From Rhodocyclaceae bacterium (GTDB lineage Bacteria; Pseudomonadota; Gammaproteobacteria; Burkholderiales; Rhodocyclaceae), in assembly GCA_035456105.1 (NCBI GenBank), contig DATIDV010000041.1, positions 27,219 through 91,218 on the forward strand: a DNA stretch of 64,000 nucleotides. Reading direction: 5' to 3'. Made by a program: the position numbers and the translations under genes. The notes under the pieces were generated by a model, which was given only the letters and a program-made list of their open reading frames with translations, made no database searches and had not been told where the DNA came from. Numbering within the stretch: position 1 is the first letter of the stretch; every line of letters starts with the position of its first letter. Shown here piece after piece: positions 51,361-59,791 of this stretch.

Positions 51361-51630
51361 TCAGCTGTCGCCGCCGCCATCGCCGCCATCTCCACCTCCG
51401 CCATCTCCACCGTCGCCGCCATCTCCTCCGCCGTCACCGTCGCCTCCTCCGCCGTCGCCTCCACCATCTCCGCCATCGCCATCACCTCCATCGTCAGCGA
51501 GAGCGAAGCCTTTTCTTCCAAAGAGCTGATTGCGGCGAACGCCACGAATGTTCAGTGCAAGCGACCAGTTTGTCGGCGCATCCTCTTCTGAGGTTTCGTT
51601 AGGTTCATTCACTTCAGAATTCTTGCTCAT
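51361..51630 (-). CDS. Small protein (89 aa): hydrophilic N-terminal 45 aa plus a 44-residue C-terminal tail of only Gly/Asp (terminal Ser)
   Basis: The ATG at 51630 is preceded by GGAGGG at 8-nt spacing, and a strong terminator lies 30 nt after the stop. The sequence is MSKNSEVNEPNETSEEDAPTNWSLALNIRGVRRNQLFGRKGFALA followed by DDGGDGDGGDGGGDGGGGDGDGGGDGGDGGDGGGGDGGDGGGDS. No family recognised. Confidence 0.6.
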   Translation of the reverse strand: MSKNSEVNEPNETSEEDAPTNWSLALNIRGVRRNQLFGRKGFALADDGGDGDGGDGGGDGGGGDGDGGGDGGDGGDGGGGDGGDGGGDS

Positions 51631-51753
51631 TGGTATTCCCTCCATAAGAGAAACAACAGGTGCCATTTACGGGCAGTTCTTCGATTACCCTATTTACATA
51701 CTACAGCCGATAAGGCTGACGGGTGTTTTTTCCACGACCCAGCGGGGCAAGAT

Positions 51754-53538
51754 TCAGTTTTCGAGGAAGCCCGATTCGTCGTTTCTTGTCGGCAGCTGGC
51801 TGCTGTGCGAAATCCGCTTGTTCGCATCCTTGCTCCAGACCACTTCGTTATTGACTGCGTATAGCCAGCACGGGGCATCAATGCGCGCGCAATGCGCCAA
51901 TGCATCATGCATGGCGGTCGGGCCTATCCAGTACAGACCCTTGCCATCCTGCGTAATCAGAAAGGCTCGCGGTGAGGGTTTCTCCAGGAAGGCCTGATAT
52001 ATGGGCAGCCTGTCGGCCGAGAGTGGCACGGCTGTCAGATCATTGATTTCGGCAAATCCTGTGCCTTTGGGTTGGCCAAGCAGTTCGCTTGACTTGCGGT
52101 TCGCAATGGACTGTGGCTGATCGAGCGCTGTCGCCGGATTCCAGACCACCTTGTCGTCGACCGCATAGAGGTAGCACGGGCCGCGCGCGAATACTGAGCA
52201 GTGTTCAAGAGCGTCGGCCGCTGCGTTCGTGCCGAACTTGAGGGACCAAGCGCCACGCCCTGTCTTGGCTGGGCCAAGGGCAAATGCACGTGGCCGTAGC
52301 GGGCTATCCAGAAACCGCTGGTAAGCCGCTATTCCCTCGTTGTCGATGAATGGAAGATTCGTAAACATACGCAGGCGCGGGTCATCCTTGGCGGCTTGGG
52401 CGTTGTGCTCGCTGTCGTTTTGAGGAAGGGCGGAGCCTGCGCGGAAATCTGTTTCTGAAAACGCCAGGGAGAAAAGACGATCCGGTATCTGTCGTTCGCC
52501 GGCCTGCGCTTGACGAAGGATGTCATTACTCACTACCTGAATTTGCACGCCACGGGAGGGGGAGAGAGGATGCCGCGCAGAAAAGCTGTCCTTGCCGTGG
52601 CTCGCGGGAATGCTGGCGATACGTCTCCAGACGTTTCGGGCTCGCATGATATCGAAGTGTGCTGCGATGAGCAGGTAGGCTCCCAGATAGTCAGCCGCTT
52701 CTTCGTCTGCCGAAGAAAATCGCTCCGGCGTTTTGCTGGTCGAGTGGCTGGACCTGGATGCACGGGCAAAACGCAGTTGGTCATGGATGAGTTCATTGGC
52801 GATCAGATAGGCCAGTTCGTCATCATTGGCTACGAATCGCAGAACGCCCTGGCTCAGATGCAAAACGCCTGAATCAACTTGCGCGACTAGATTGCTTGTT
52901 CTCAGAAACTGAAGCCGTACGTCACAAACAAGCTGCGGTAGCGTCTTGAGCGATACCTTGAGGTCGCCCCGCTGAACCTCCACTTCAACGGCTTCATTCA
53001 GTATGAAGGTGCTTGTCGGGCGATTCAGCGTCCAGCCGGGCGATGGTCGTTTTCCGGTCGCCCGATCAGTCATCTGTAGCAGGACGTCGCCTGGCTGAAT
53101 ACCTGCTTTCGCCGCGGGGCTATCCAAGGCGATATTCAGGAAGCGAGGCAACTTGCTGGTGGGTGATGGCGGCTGATCCGCAAAGCCTTCACGCAAGTCT
53201 TGCGGAAGGGCCTCCATCGCAAACGGGGGGATTCCCAAACTGAATTTTCGTTGTTGAACGCAATACGGCGCACCTGCCTTGATCACCGCATAGGTCACTC
53301 TTTCGGCACGTTGCAGATCGGCGAGGTAGGCGTCGGTTGCAAACTGCTGTTGCGCGCGCGCTTCGCCGGCGAGTTGTTCGTAGTCTGGTGTGGGCTGGCC
53401 CGCCGCGCTGGCGATACGGTCGGAGAGGCCCGTAGCGGACACTATCGCGCACGCTACGAAACGAAGTAGCCAGAGCCTTTTGGCAAGGGTGGCCACCTGT
53501 CGTGTCGTGTTGCCGATTCGTGGCATGCGTCTATTCAC
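51754..53538 (-). CDS. Secreted M48-like pseudo-peptidase with PDZ-like segment and two C-terminal Cys-pair repeat modules (paralog 2)
   Basis: 594 aa, colinear with paralog 1 over the first ~385 residues. It has NELIH in place of HEXXH at the same positions (248-252), a PDZ-like SPAAKAGIQPGDVLLQM, and EEAADYLGAYLLIAAHFD. Two modules end in C......C.LYAV[DN][DN].VVW. Confidence 0.7.
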   Translation of the reverse strand: MNRRMPRIGNTTRQVATLAKRLWLLRFVACAIVSATGLSDRIASAAGQPTPDYEQLAGEARAQQQFATDAYLADLQRAERVTYAVIKAGAPYCVQQRKFSLGIPPFAMEALPQDLREGFADQPPSPTSKLPRFLNIALDSPAAKAGIQPGDVLLQMTDRATGKRPSPGWTLNRPTSTFILNEAVEVEVQRGDLKVSLKTLPQLVCDVRLQFLRTSNLVAQVDSGVLHLSQGVLRFVANDDELAYLIANELIHDQLRFARASRSSHSTSKTPERFSSADEEAADYLGAYLLIAAHFDIMRARNVWRRIASIPASHGKDSFSARHPLSPSRGVQIQVVSNDILRQAQAGERQIPDRLFSLAFSETDFRAGSALPQNDSEHNAQAAKDDPRLRMFTNLPFIDNEGIAAYQRFLDSPLRPRAFALGPAKTGRGAWSLKFGTNAAADALEHCSVFARGPCYLYAVDDKVVWNPATALDQPQSIANRKSSELLGQPKGTGFAEINDLTAVPLSADRLPIYQAFLEKPSPRAFLITQDGKGLYWIGPTAMHDALAHCARIDAPCWLYAVNNEVVWSKDANKRISHSSQLPTRNDESGFLEN

Positions 53539-53748
53539 AGGCTGTACTCAAGGCGTCTCTGATGCGTGGAGTGCATGCAGAGTTCGCGCGGGCAACGTGA
53601 GTAATGGGCGCGCCGCCACTCCTGCGTTGCCTTGGGGCGACCGCGATCATGGCCGAAGTGCGGCCGCGCAATACTGGCGCGATCTTGTCACGCGGTCTGG
53701 GGATCGACAAGCGTGACCAAAGGGCGGTTTTCCCCTGAGTTTCGCGGT

Positions 53749-54405
53749 TCAGTTGCTCGCGACTTCGCCTTTGGCGTGCAACACGCTTTGCACCAGCTCG
53801 GCGAGCGAGTCCGCTTCCATCTTTTCCATGACGCGGGCACGGTGCACTTCCACCGTTTTGATCGAGATGCCCAACTCGTCGGCGATTTGCTTGTTGAGGC
53901 GGCCGGCGACGATCAGCTCCAGCACCTCGCGTTCGCGTGGTGTGAGTTGTTCGATATGGCGCAAGGCGTCCGCGCCCTGGCGGCGATGCTGGTGCTGGGT
54001 GCGGTCGCGTGCGAGGCATTGCTCGATGAGGTTGAGCATGTCCTGGTCATGGAAGGGTTTTTCGATGAAGTCGAAAGCGCCTTTCTTCAACGCGGTGACG
54101 GCCATCGGCACGTCGCCATGGCCGGTAATGAAGATCACGGGCAGGGTCGAGTGCTGGCTATTGAGCTTCTCGTGCAGCTCGAGCCCACTCATGCCCGGCA
54201 TGCGAATGTCGAGGATCAGGCAGCCGCGCAGGGTGGGCGTCCACACCTCGAGGAAGGCTTCGGCGGAGGGATAGGAGGCGACCTTGAGGCCGGTGGATTC
54301 AAGGAGCCAGACGAGGGAGTCGCGCAGCGCATCGTCATCGTCGATGATGTGCACGAGTTGATCGGCAGACTGGCTTTCAGGAGACGGTGACGGATTGAGG
54401 CTCAA
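53749..54405 (-). CDS. Two-component response regulator, FixJ/NarL (LuxR-type HTH) family
   Basis: REC domain (HIIDDDDALRDSL...LILDIRMPGMSGLEL...KKGAFDFIEKP) plus LuxR HTH (LTPREREVLELIVAGRLNKQIADELGISIKTVEVHR). The start is uncertain: TTG 54405 with a GGAGA RBS (overlaps the kinase end) or a downstream GTG. Confidence 0.88.
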   Translation of the reverse strand: MSLNPSPSPESQSADQLVHIIDDDDALRDSLVWLLESTGLKVASYPSAEAFLEVWTPTLRGCLILDIRMPGMSGLELHEKLNSQHSTLPVIFITGHGDVPMAVTALKKGAFDFIEKPFHDQDMLNLIEQCLARDRTQHQHRRQGADALRHIEQLTPREREVLELIVAGRLNKQIADELGISIKTVEVHRARVMEKMEADSLAELVQSVLHAKGEVASN

Positions 54406-56521
54406 GGCTGTTCTCCAGAGGCAAAGTGAATTTGAAGATACTCCCACCCATGGGGTTTGGGTCAACCCACAAGCGGCCATTGTGAAATTCGATGATGGAA
54501 CGACAGATATTCAGGCCCATGCCCATGCCTTCGGCTTTGGTGCTGAAGAAGGCAGAGAAGAGTTTCTCGCGGTCTGTCTCGCCGATGCCGTGACCCAGGT
54601 CGGTGACCGAGACTTCGATCAAGTCATCGAGCTGGCGCGCCGCGACGACGACTACGCGGCGCTCCGGCGGCTGGCCGATCTCCGCCTCGGCAGCATTCTT
54701 GACGAGGTTGAGCAGAACCTGTTCGATCATGATGCGATCGGCATAGACACTGGGCAAGCCCGGCGCGATGTGCGATTCGATCTTGATGCCAAGGCGTTGT
54801 GCTTCGATTTCAGCAATGCCCAGCGCATCCTCTGCGATTTCCGTCAGGGCTACGTCATTGCGTTTGGGCTCGCTCTTACGCACGAAGTCGCGCACGCGGC
54901 GTACGATGTGGCCGGCCCGTGCCGCCTGAGCGTTGGCTTTCTCCATGGCGTTGAGAATATCGTCATGCTTGTACTCGCCACTCTTTAGGCGATTGACGCA
55001 GCCCTTGGCGTAGTTGGCGATGGCAGACAGAGGCTGGTTCAGTTCGTGGGCCAGGGTCGAGGCCATCTCACCCATGGTGATCAGGCGTGAGGTGCGAGCC
55101 AGTCGTGCTTCCTGTTCGCGATTGAGTTCTTCGACGTGCTTCAGTTCGGAGATGTCGGTAGCCACGGCGAGGCGCACGACGCGACCGTCGACCCACAGCG
55201 TGGCGCGCTCGCGCAAGTGGAACCAGTGGCCGGTGATGGGGTGCTGCAGCTCGCCGTCGAAGAGTTCTCGCGGCAATTGAGCCGGATCGAGATTGCGCGG
55301 ATCGACGAGGTAGTCGCCCATTTCCGGCCGCGGAATGGCGAGACCGTCGTGACCTACCAGGGCGCTGCTACCGTCGCGACGCAGGAAAGCGCGGTTGGCA
55401 TACAGCACTTCATCGTCGGCCGCATCGACCACGTAGACAGCGGCGTCCAGACCATCCAGCACGGCGGTGAAACGTTCGTAGGCAGCTTCGAGGTCGCCGC
55501 GAACACGTCGTGATTCAGTGATGTCGGTCAGTGCCGACATCCAGCCTGTCTGCACACCGTTGGCATCGACAAGAGGTGATTCGTGCAGGCGCACGTCCAG
55601 CGTGCTTCCGTCCGGGCGCTGGATGCGCGCGTCAAAACCTTCTTTCGGCGCCTTGCCGGACAGGCACAGCGCAAGGTTGTGCCAGTTGGTGGCGTACTCG
55701 TTTTCCGGCCAGTAGGCGAATGGAGGCTCAGAGCCCACCAGTTCCTCGGTTTTGCGACCAGTGATTTCGCAGAACGCATGGTTGACGTAGATCGTGCGGC
55801 CGCGCAGGTCGATGGCGCGCAAGCCAGTGGAGACGGACTCTTCCATGGCCTTGCGAAAGGCTGTCTCGGCACGCAACGCGTCTTCCGAAACCCGGCGATC
55901 CGACACATCGTGGGCGACGGCAAATACTAGCCGATCGTCCTTCACGGGGTTGGCGCTCCATGACAGCCATTTGTAGCTGCCGTCACCACAGCGGCAGCGC
56001 ACCTCGAAATTGCAGGCCTTGCCTTCGGCGAGGCTCGCCAGGGCCGTCAGCACAATGTGCACGTCGTCGGGGTGAATCAGGTCTGTGATGGTTTTTTCTG
56101 GCAGGTGGTCGGGGCGCTGCCCCAAAACATTCAGAAAGGCCGGATTGGCGCGCTTGACCGTGCCGTCCATGCCGAGCACGCACAGCAGGTCGAGCGACAA
56201 GGCAAAGATCTGGTCGCGCTCGCCGGCGATGATCTCCATGCGCTGGTGCTGCTCGCGTGCCGTCCACAGACTCCAGGAGGCGACGGCGAGCAGGGCGACG
56301 ATGAGCAGGGTGGACAAGGCATCGACGCTGGTCGCTGCCGGGTTACCAATGGAGCGATTGGCGATCCAGATGAGCCCTATGAGGGTTGCGATGCCGATGA
56401 TGACCAGCGCGAAGGAGGGCGCGCGGGCCTCACGTGGTGACGACGCTGAGGTGTGCGGATCCATGGGGGCCAGACTTTCGACGGTGCTTGATTGTCTGTG
56501 CTGCATCTGCGCGGACGGCAT
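54377..56521 (-). CDS. Membrane-anchored multi-PAS sensor histidine kinase
   Basis: 714 aa with two N-terminal TM helices and several PAS-like segments. It has a HisKA H-box (MASTLAHELNQPLSAI) and HATPase N/G boxes (LLNLVKNAAEA, DLGHGI, GMGMGLNICRSI). Confidence 0.9.
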   Translation of the reverse strand: MPSAQMQHRQSSTVESLAPMDPHTSASSPREARAPSFALVIIGIATLIGLIWIANRSIGNPAATSVDALSTLLIVALLAVASWSLWTAREQHQRMEIIAGERDQIFALSLDLLCVLGMDGTVKRANPAFLNVLGQRPDHLPEKTITDLIHPDDVHIVLTALASLAEGKACNFEVRCRCGDGSYKWLSWSANPVKDDRLVFAVAHDVSDRRVSEDALRAETAFRKAMEESVSTGLRAIDLRGRTIYVNHAFCEITGRKTEELVGSEPPFAYWPENEYATNWHNLALCLSGKAPKEGFDARIQRPDGSTLDVRLHESPLVDANGVQTGWMSALTDITESRRVRGDLEAAYERFTAVLDGLDAAVYVVDAADDEVLYANRAFLRRDGSSALVGHDGLAIPRPEMGDYLVDPRNLDPAQLPRELFDGELQHPITGHWFHLRERATLWVDGRVVRLAVATDISELKHVEELNREQEARLARTSRLITMGEMASTLAHELNQPLSAIANYAKGCVNRLKSGEYKHDDILNAMEKANAQAARAGHIVRRVRDFVRKSEPKRNDVALTEIAEDALGIAEIEAQRLGIKIESHIAPGLPSVYADRIMIEQVLLNLVKNAAEAEIGQPPERRVVVVAARQLDDLIEVSVTDLGHGIGETDREKLFSAFFSTKAEGMGMGLNICRSIIEFHNGRLWVDPNPMGGSIFKFTLPLENSLEPQSVTVS

Positions 56522-57021
56522 TGGGTCAAACCCTCACGATACAACATGGTAATCACGCCGCATCTACTTTCGGTATGCATGCGGGGAATTCATAAGAGCG
56601 CAATGCGATCAAGGCAGCTACGCTCTAGTTTGACCTTCTTATTGCAATGTTGCGTTGCAACATATTGTTTTCTAAAAGAAAAGATCAAAATGCCTGATTG
56701 ATCCATAGGCGCTTTTTTGTTGCATAGCGTGGGGTCGTGTTTTATATTGTGAAATCGCTGTGTTCTGACAGCAGGTAGAAGAGTTGACGGATGTAACGAG
56801 TTCGGCCGACGGGCGGTGGCAAAAGCCTGAGCGGCCGAATTTGTGTGTCCGGGCCAGAGGAATTCGCAAGTCCTGTGTGTCTGTTGGCAGATATAGACAT
56901 GACACGCAATCAGGTAGTGCCCCTGTCCGGTTCGCGTGACCCGCAGCCGACGACAACCGCAAACCGTTCGTGATACCCCCATCGGAACGGTTTGATCAAC
57001 GCCCATAAGAGGAGAAGCAAG

Positions 57022-59694
57022 ATGGCAGAGATGCCCCACGTGCTCCTGCAGTCCGATCCGGACGCGCGCGAGACACAGGAATGGCTGGAAGCCCTGAACG
57101 CAGTGATCGCACAGGAAGGGCCCGACCGGGCGCACTACCTGATCGAGCGCCTCATCGAGGCGGCACGCGAAGATGGTATTGATCTGCCGTACAGCGCGAC
57201 CACTGCCTACCTCAACACGATTCCGTCCGACCAGCAGCCCAAGTATCCGGGCGACCCGGCCATCGAGGAGCGTATCCAGGCCTACCTGCGCTGGAACGCC
57301 ATGGCCATGGTGGTGCGTGCCAACAAGCACACCAATGTCGGCGGTCACATTGCTTCCTACGCCTCGTCAGCGACTCTCTATGACGTAGGCTTCAACTGGT
57401 TCTGGAACGCGCCGCACAGCGAGCATGGCGGCGATCTGATCTTCTTCCAAGGCCACTCGATTCCCGGTGTCTACGCGCGTGCTTTCCTGCTCGGTCGTCT
57501 GACCGAAGAACAACTCGACAACTTCCGTCAGGAAGCTGGCGGCAAGGGCTTGTCGTCCTACCCGCACCCGTGGCTGATGCCTGACTTCTGGCAGTTCCCG
57601 ACCGTGTCGATGGGGCTGGCACCGTTGCAAGCCATCTATCAGGCGCGCTTCATGAAGTACCTGCAGGCACGTGGCCTGGCGAAGACCGACAACCGCAAGG
57701 TCTGGGCCTTCATGGGCGACGGTGAAATGGACGAAGTCGAATCGCGTGGCGCGATCGGTGTGGGTGGTCGCGAGAAGCTCGACAACCTCGTCTTCATCAT
57801 CAACTGTAACCTGCAGCGTCTCGACGGTCCGGTGCGCGGCAATGGCAAGATCATCCAGGAACTCGAATCCGAATTCCGCGGGGCCGGCTGGAACGTCATC
57901 AAGCTGATCTGGGGTACGCATTGGGATGCGCTGTTCGCACGCGACACCCAAGGCCTCATGAAGAAGCGCATGCTCGAACTGGTCGATGGCGATTACCAGA
58001 CCTTCAAGGCGAAGGACGGCGCCTACGTTCGCGCAAACTTCTTCAATACGCCTGAACTGCAGGCGCTGGTTGCCGATTGGACGGACGATGATATCTGGCG
58101 TCTGAATCGTGGCGGCCATGACATGTTCAAGATCTATACGGCATACAAGGCTGCGACCGAGCACAAGGGCCAGCCGACACTGATTCTGGCGAAGACCATC
58201 AAGGGCTTCGGCATGGGCGAGTCGGGCGAAGCGCAGAACACCAGCCACCAGACCAAGAAAATGTCGGGGGACGCGCTGCGTTCGATGCGCGACCGCTTCG
58301 CGATCCCGGTTGCGGACGACAAGCTCGCCGAGATGCCTTTCATCAAATTCGCAGAGGGCTCGCCTGAGCTCGAATACATGCGCAAGCGTCGCATGGATCT
58401 CGGCGGCTATCTGCCAGCGCGTCGCATGAAGAGCGACAGCCTGCCTGTGCCCGCGCTGTCTGCTTTCGACGCCTTGCTCAAAGCGTCTGGCGAAGGCCGC
58501 GAAATTTCGACGACGCAAGCCATCGTGCGCATGTTCAACATCCTGCTCAAGGACAAGGCAATCGGTAAGCACGTGGTGCCTATCGTGGTCGATGAGTCGC
58601 GCACCTTCGGTATGGAAGGCATGTTCCGCCAGTACGGCATCTGGAACCAGCAAGGTCAGCAGTACGTTCCGCAGGATCATGACCAGCTCATGTTCTACAA
58701 GGAAACGGTTGACGGCCAGATCATGCAGGACGGTATCAACGAAGCCGGTGCGATGGCTGACTGGATCGCCGCCGCAACGAGTTACTCGGTGCACGGCGTG
58801 CCGATGATTCCGTTCTACATCTTCTACTCGATGTTCGGTCTGCAGCGCACGATGGACCTGTGCTGGGCGGCTGGCGACTCGCGCGCTCGCGGCTTCCTGA
58901 TCGGCGGTACGGCAGGTCGCACCACGCTGAACGGTGAAGGCTTGCAGCACGAAGATGGTCACTCGCACGTGCTGGCCCATACGATTCCTAACTGCGTGTC
59001 ATACGATCCGACCTTCTCGTTTGAAGCCGCTGTGATCTTTCAGGACGGTCTGCGCCGCATGTATGCGGAACAGGAGGATGTGTATTACTACATCACCGTC
59101 ATGAACGAGAACTACGAGCATCCAGAGATGCCTGCCGGTGCAGAAGCCGACATCATCAAGGGTCTCTACAAACTCAAGGATGGCGCCAAGTCGAAGGGCC
59201 CGCGCGTGCAGCTCGTCGGTTCCGGAACGATCTTCCGCGAAGTCATCGCAGCAGCCGAACTGCTCAAGAGCGACTGGGGTGTCGAGGCTGACATCTGGGG
59301 AGCACCGAGCTTTAACGAATTGGCGCGTGACGGTCAGGACGTGCAGCGTTGGAACATGCTGCATCCTTTGGAAGAAAAGCGCGTCTCGCATGTCGAGGCC
59401 AAGTTCAAGGGCTCGCAAGGCCCGGTCATCGTCGCCACCGACTACATCCGTCTGTATGCCGAACAGATTCGTCCGTTCGTGCCGAACAAGTACGTCGTGC
59501 TCGGCACCGATGGTTTTGGTCGCTCGGATACACGTGAAGCGCTGCGTAATCACTTCGAAGTCGATCGTCGCTGGGTCGTTGTCGCGGCGCTGTCGGCCCT
59601 GGCTGAAGAAGGCAAGGTTGACCGTGAAAAAGTGGCTGCCGCGCTCGTCAAGTACGAGCTCGATCCAAACAAGCCGAATCCCATGACTGTGTGA
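57022..59694 (+). CDS. aceE: Pyruvate dehydrogenase E1 component (homodimeric type)
   Basis: 890 aa from the ATG at 57022 with an AGAGGAGA RBS. Typical AceE N-terminus (DPDARETQEWLEALNAVI) and a ThDP-binding GDGEMDE motif. Confidence 0.97.
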   Translation: MAEMPHVLLQSDPDARETQEWLEALNAVIAQEGPDRAHYLIERLIEAAREDGIDLPYSATTAYLNTIPSDQQPKYPGDPAIEERIQAYLRWNAMAMVVRANKHTNVGGHIASYASSATLYDVGFNWFWNAPHSEHGGDLIFFQGHSIPGVYARAFLLGRLTEEQLDNFRQEAGGKGLSSYPHPWLMPDFWQFPTVSMGLAPLQAIYQARFMKYLQARGLAKTDNRKVWAFMGDGEMDEVESRGAIGVGGREKLDNLVFIINCNLQRLDGPVRGNGKIIQELESEFRGAGWNVIKLIWGTHWDALFARDTQGLMKKRMLELVDGDYQTFKAKDGAYVRANFFNTPELQALVADWTDDDIWRLNRGGHDMFKIYTAYKAATEHKGQPTLILAKTIKGFGMGESGEAQNTSHQTKKMSGDALRSMRDRFAIPVADDKLAEMPFIKFAEGSPELEYMRKRRMDLGGYLPARRMKSDSLPVPALSAFDALLKASGEGREISTTQAIVRMFNILLKDKAIGKHVVPIVVDESRTFGMEGMFRQYGIWNQQGQQYVPQDHDQLMFYKETVDGQIMQDGINEAGAMADWIAAATSYSVHGVPMIPFYIFYSMFGLQRTMDLCWAAGDSRARGFLIGGTAGRTTLNGEGLQHEDGHSHVLAHTIPNCVSYDPTFSFEAAVIFQDGLRRMYAEQEDVYYYITVMNENYEHPEMPAGAEADIIKGLYKLKDGAKSKGPRVQLVGSGTIFREVIAAAELLKSDWGVEADIWGAPSFNELARDGQDVQRWNMLHPLEEKRVSHVEAKFKGSQGPVIVATDYIRLYAEQIRPFVPNKYVVLGTDGFGRSDTREALRNHFEVDRRWVVVAALSALAEEGKVDREKVAAALVKYELDPNKPNPMTV

Positions 59695-59780
59695 TGAGTG
59701 ATGAGGGAGGAGTGATGAGTACGGTAGGCGCAGCCGACCGGAAATTTCAACTCCTCACTCCTGACTCCTGACTCCTCACT
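59691..59780. repeat. Heptamer-based inverted-repeat element, copy C (aceE/aceF junction)
   Basis: Left arm GTGATGA GTGATGA GGGAGGA GTGATGA (59691-59720, contains the aceE stop), then a 30-nt spacer. Right arm CTCCTCA CTCCTGA CTCCTGA CTCCTCA (59751-59780) ends 11 nt before the aceF ATG. About 23 of 29 positions are complementary by eye. Confidence 0.85.
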
Positions 59781-59791
59781 AGGAATAAAAA

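Noticed and set aside
51361-51495. Reading the Gly/Asp tail as RTX-type Ca2+-binding nonapeptide repeats (GGxGxDxUx)
   Set aside because: The tail contains no hydrophobic residue at all and has no 9-residue periodicity, so a beta-roll is not supported. Ca2+ binding remains only a generic possibility for a polyanionic tail.
51321-51602. Plus-strand 93-aa His/Arg/Leu-rich ORF (…RRRHRRHLHLRHLHRRRHLLRRH…) opposite the Gly/Asp-tail gene
   Set aside because: It is the mirror image of the GGN/GAY repeat. It starts inside the terminator hairpin and has no RBS. The minus-strand frame has a GGAGGG RBS, an ATG and a downstream terminator.
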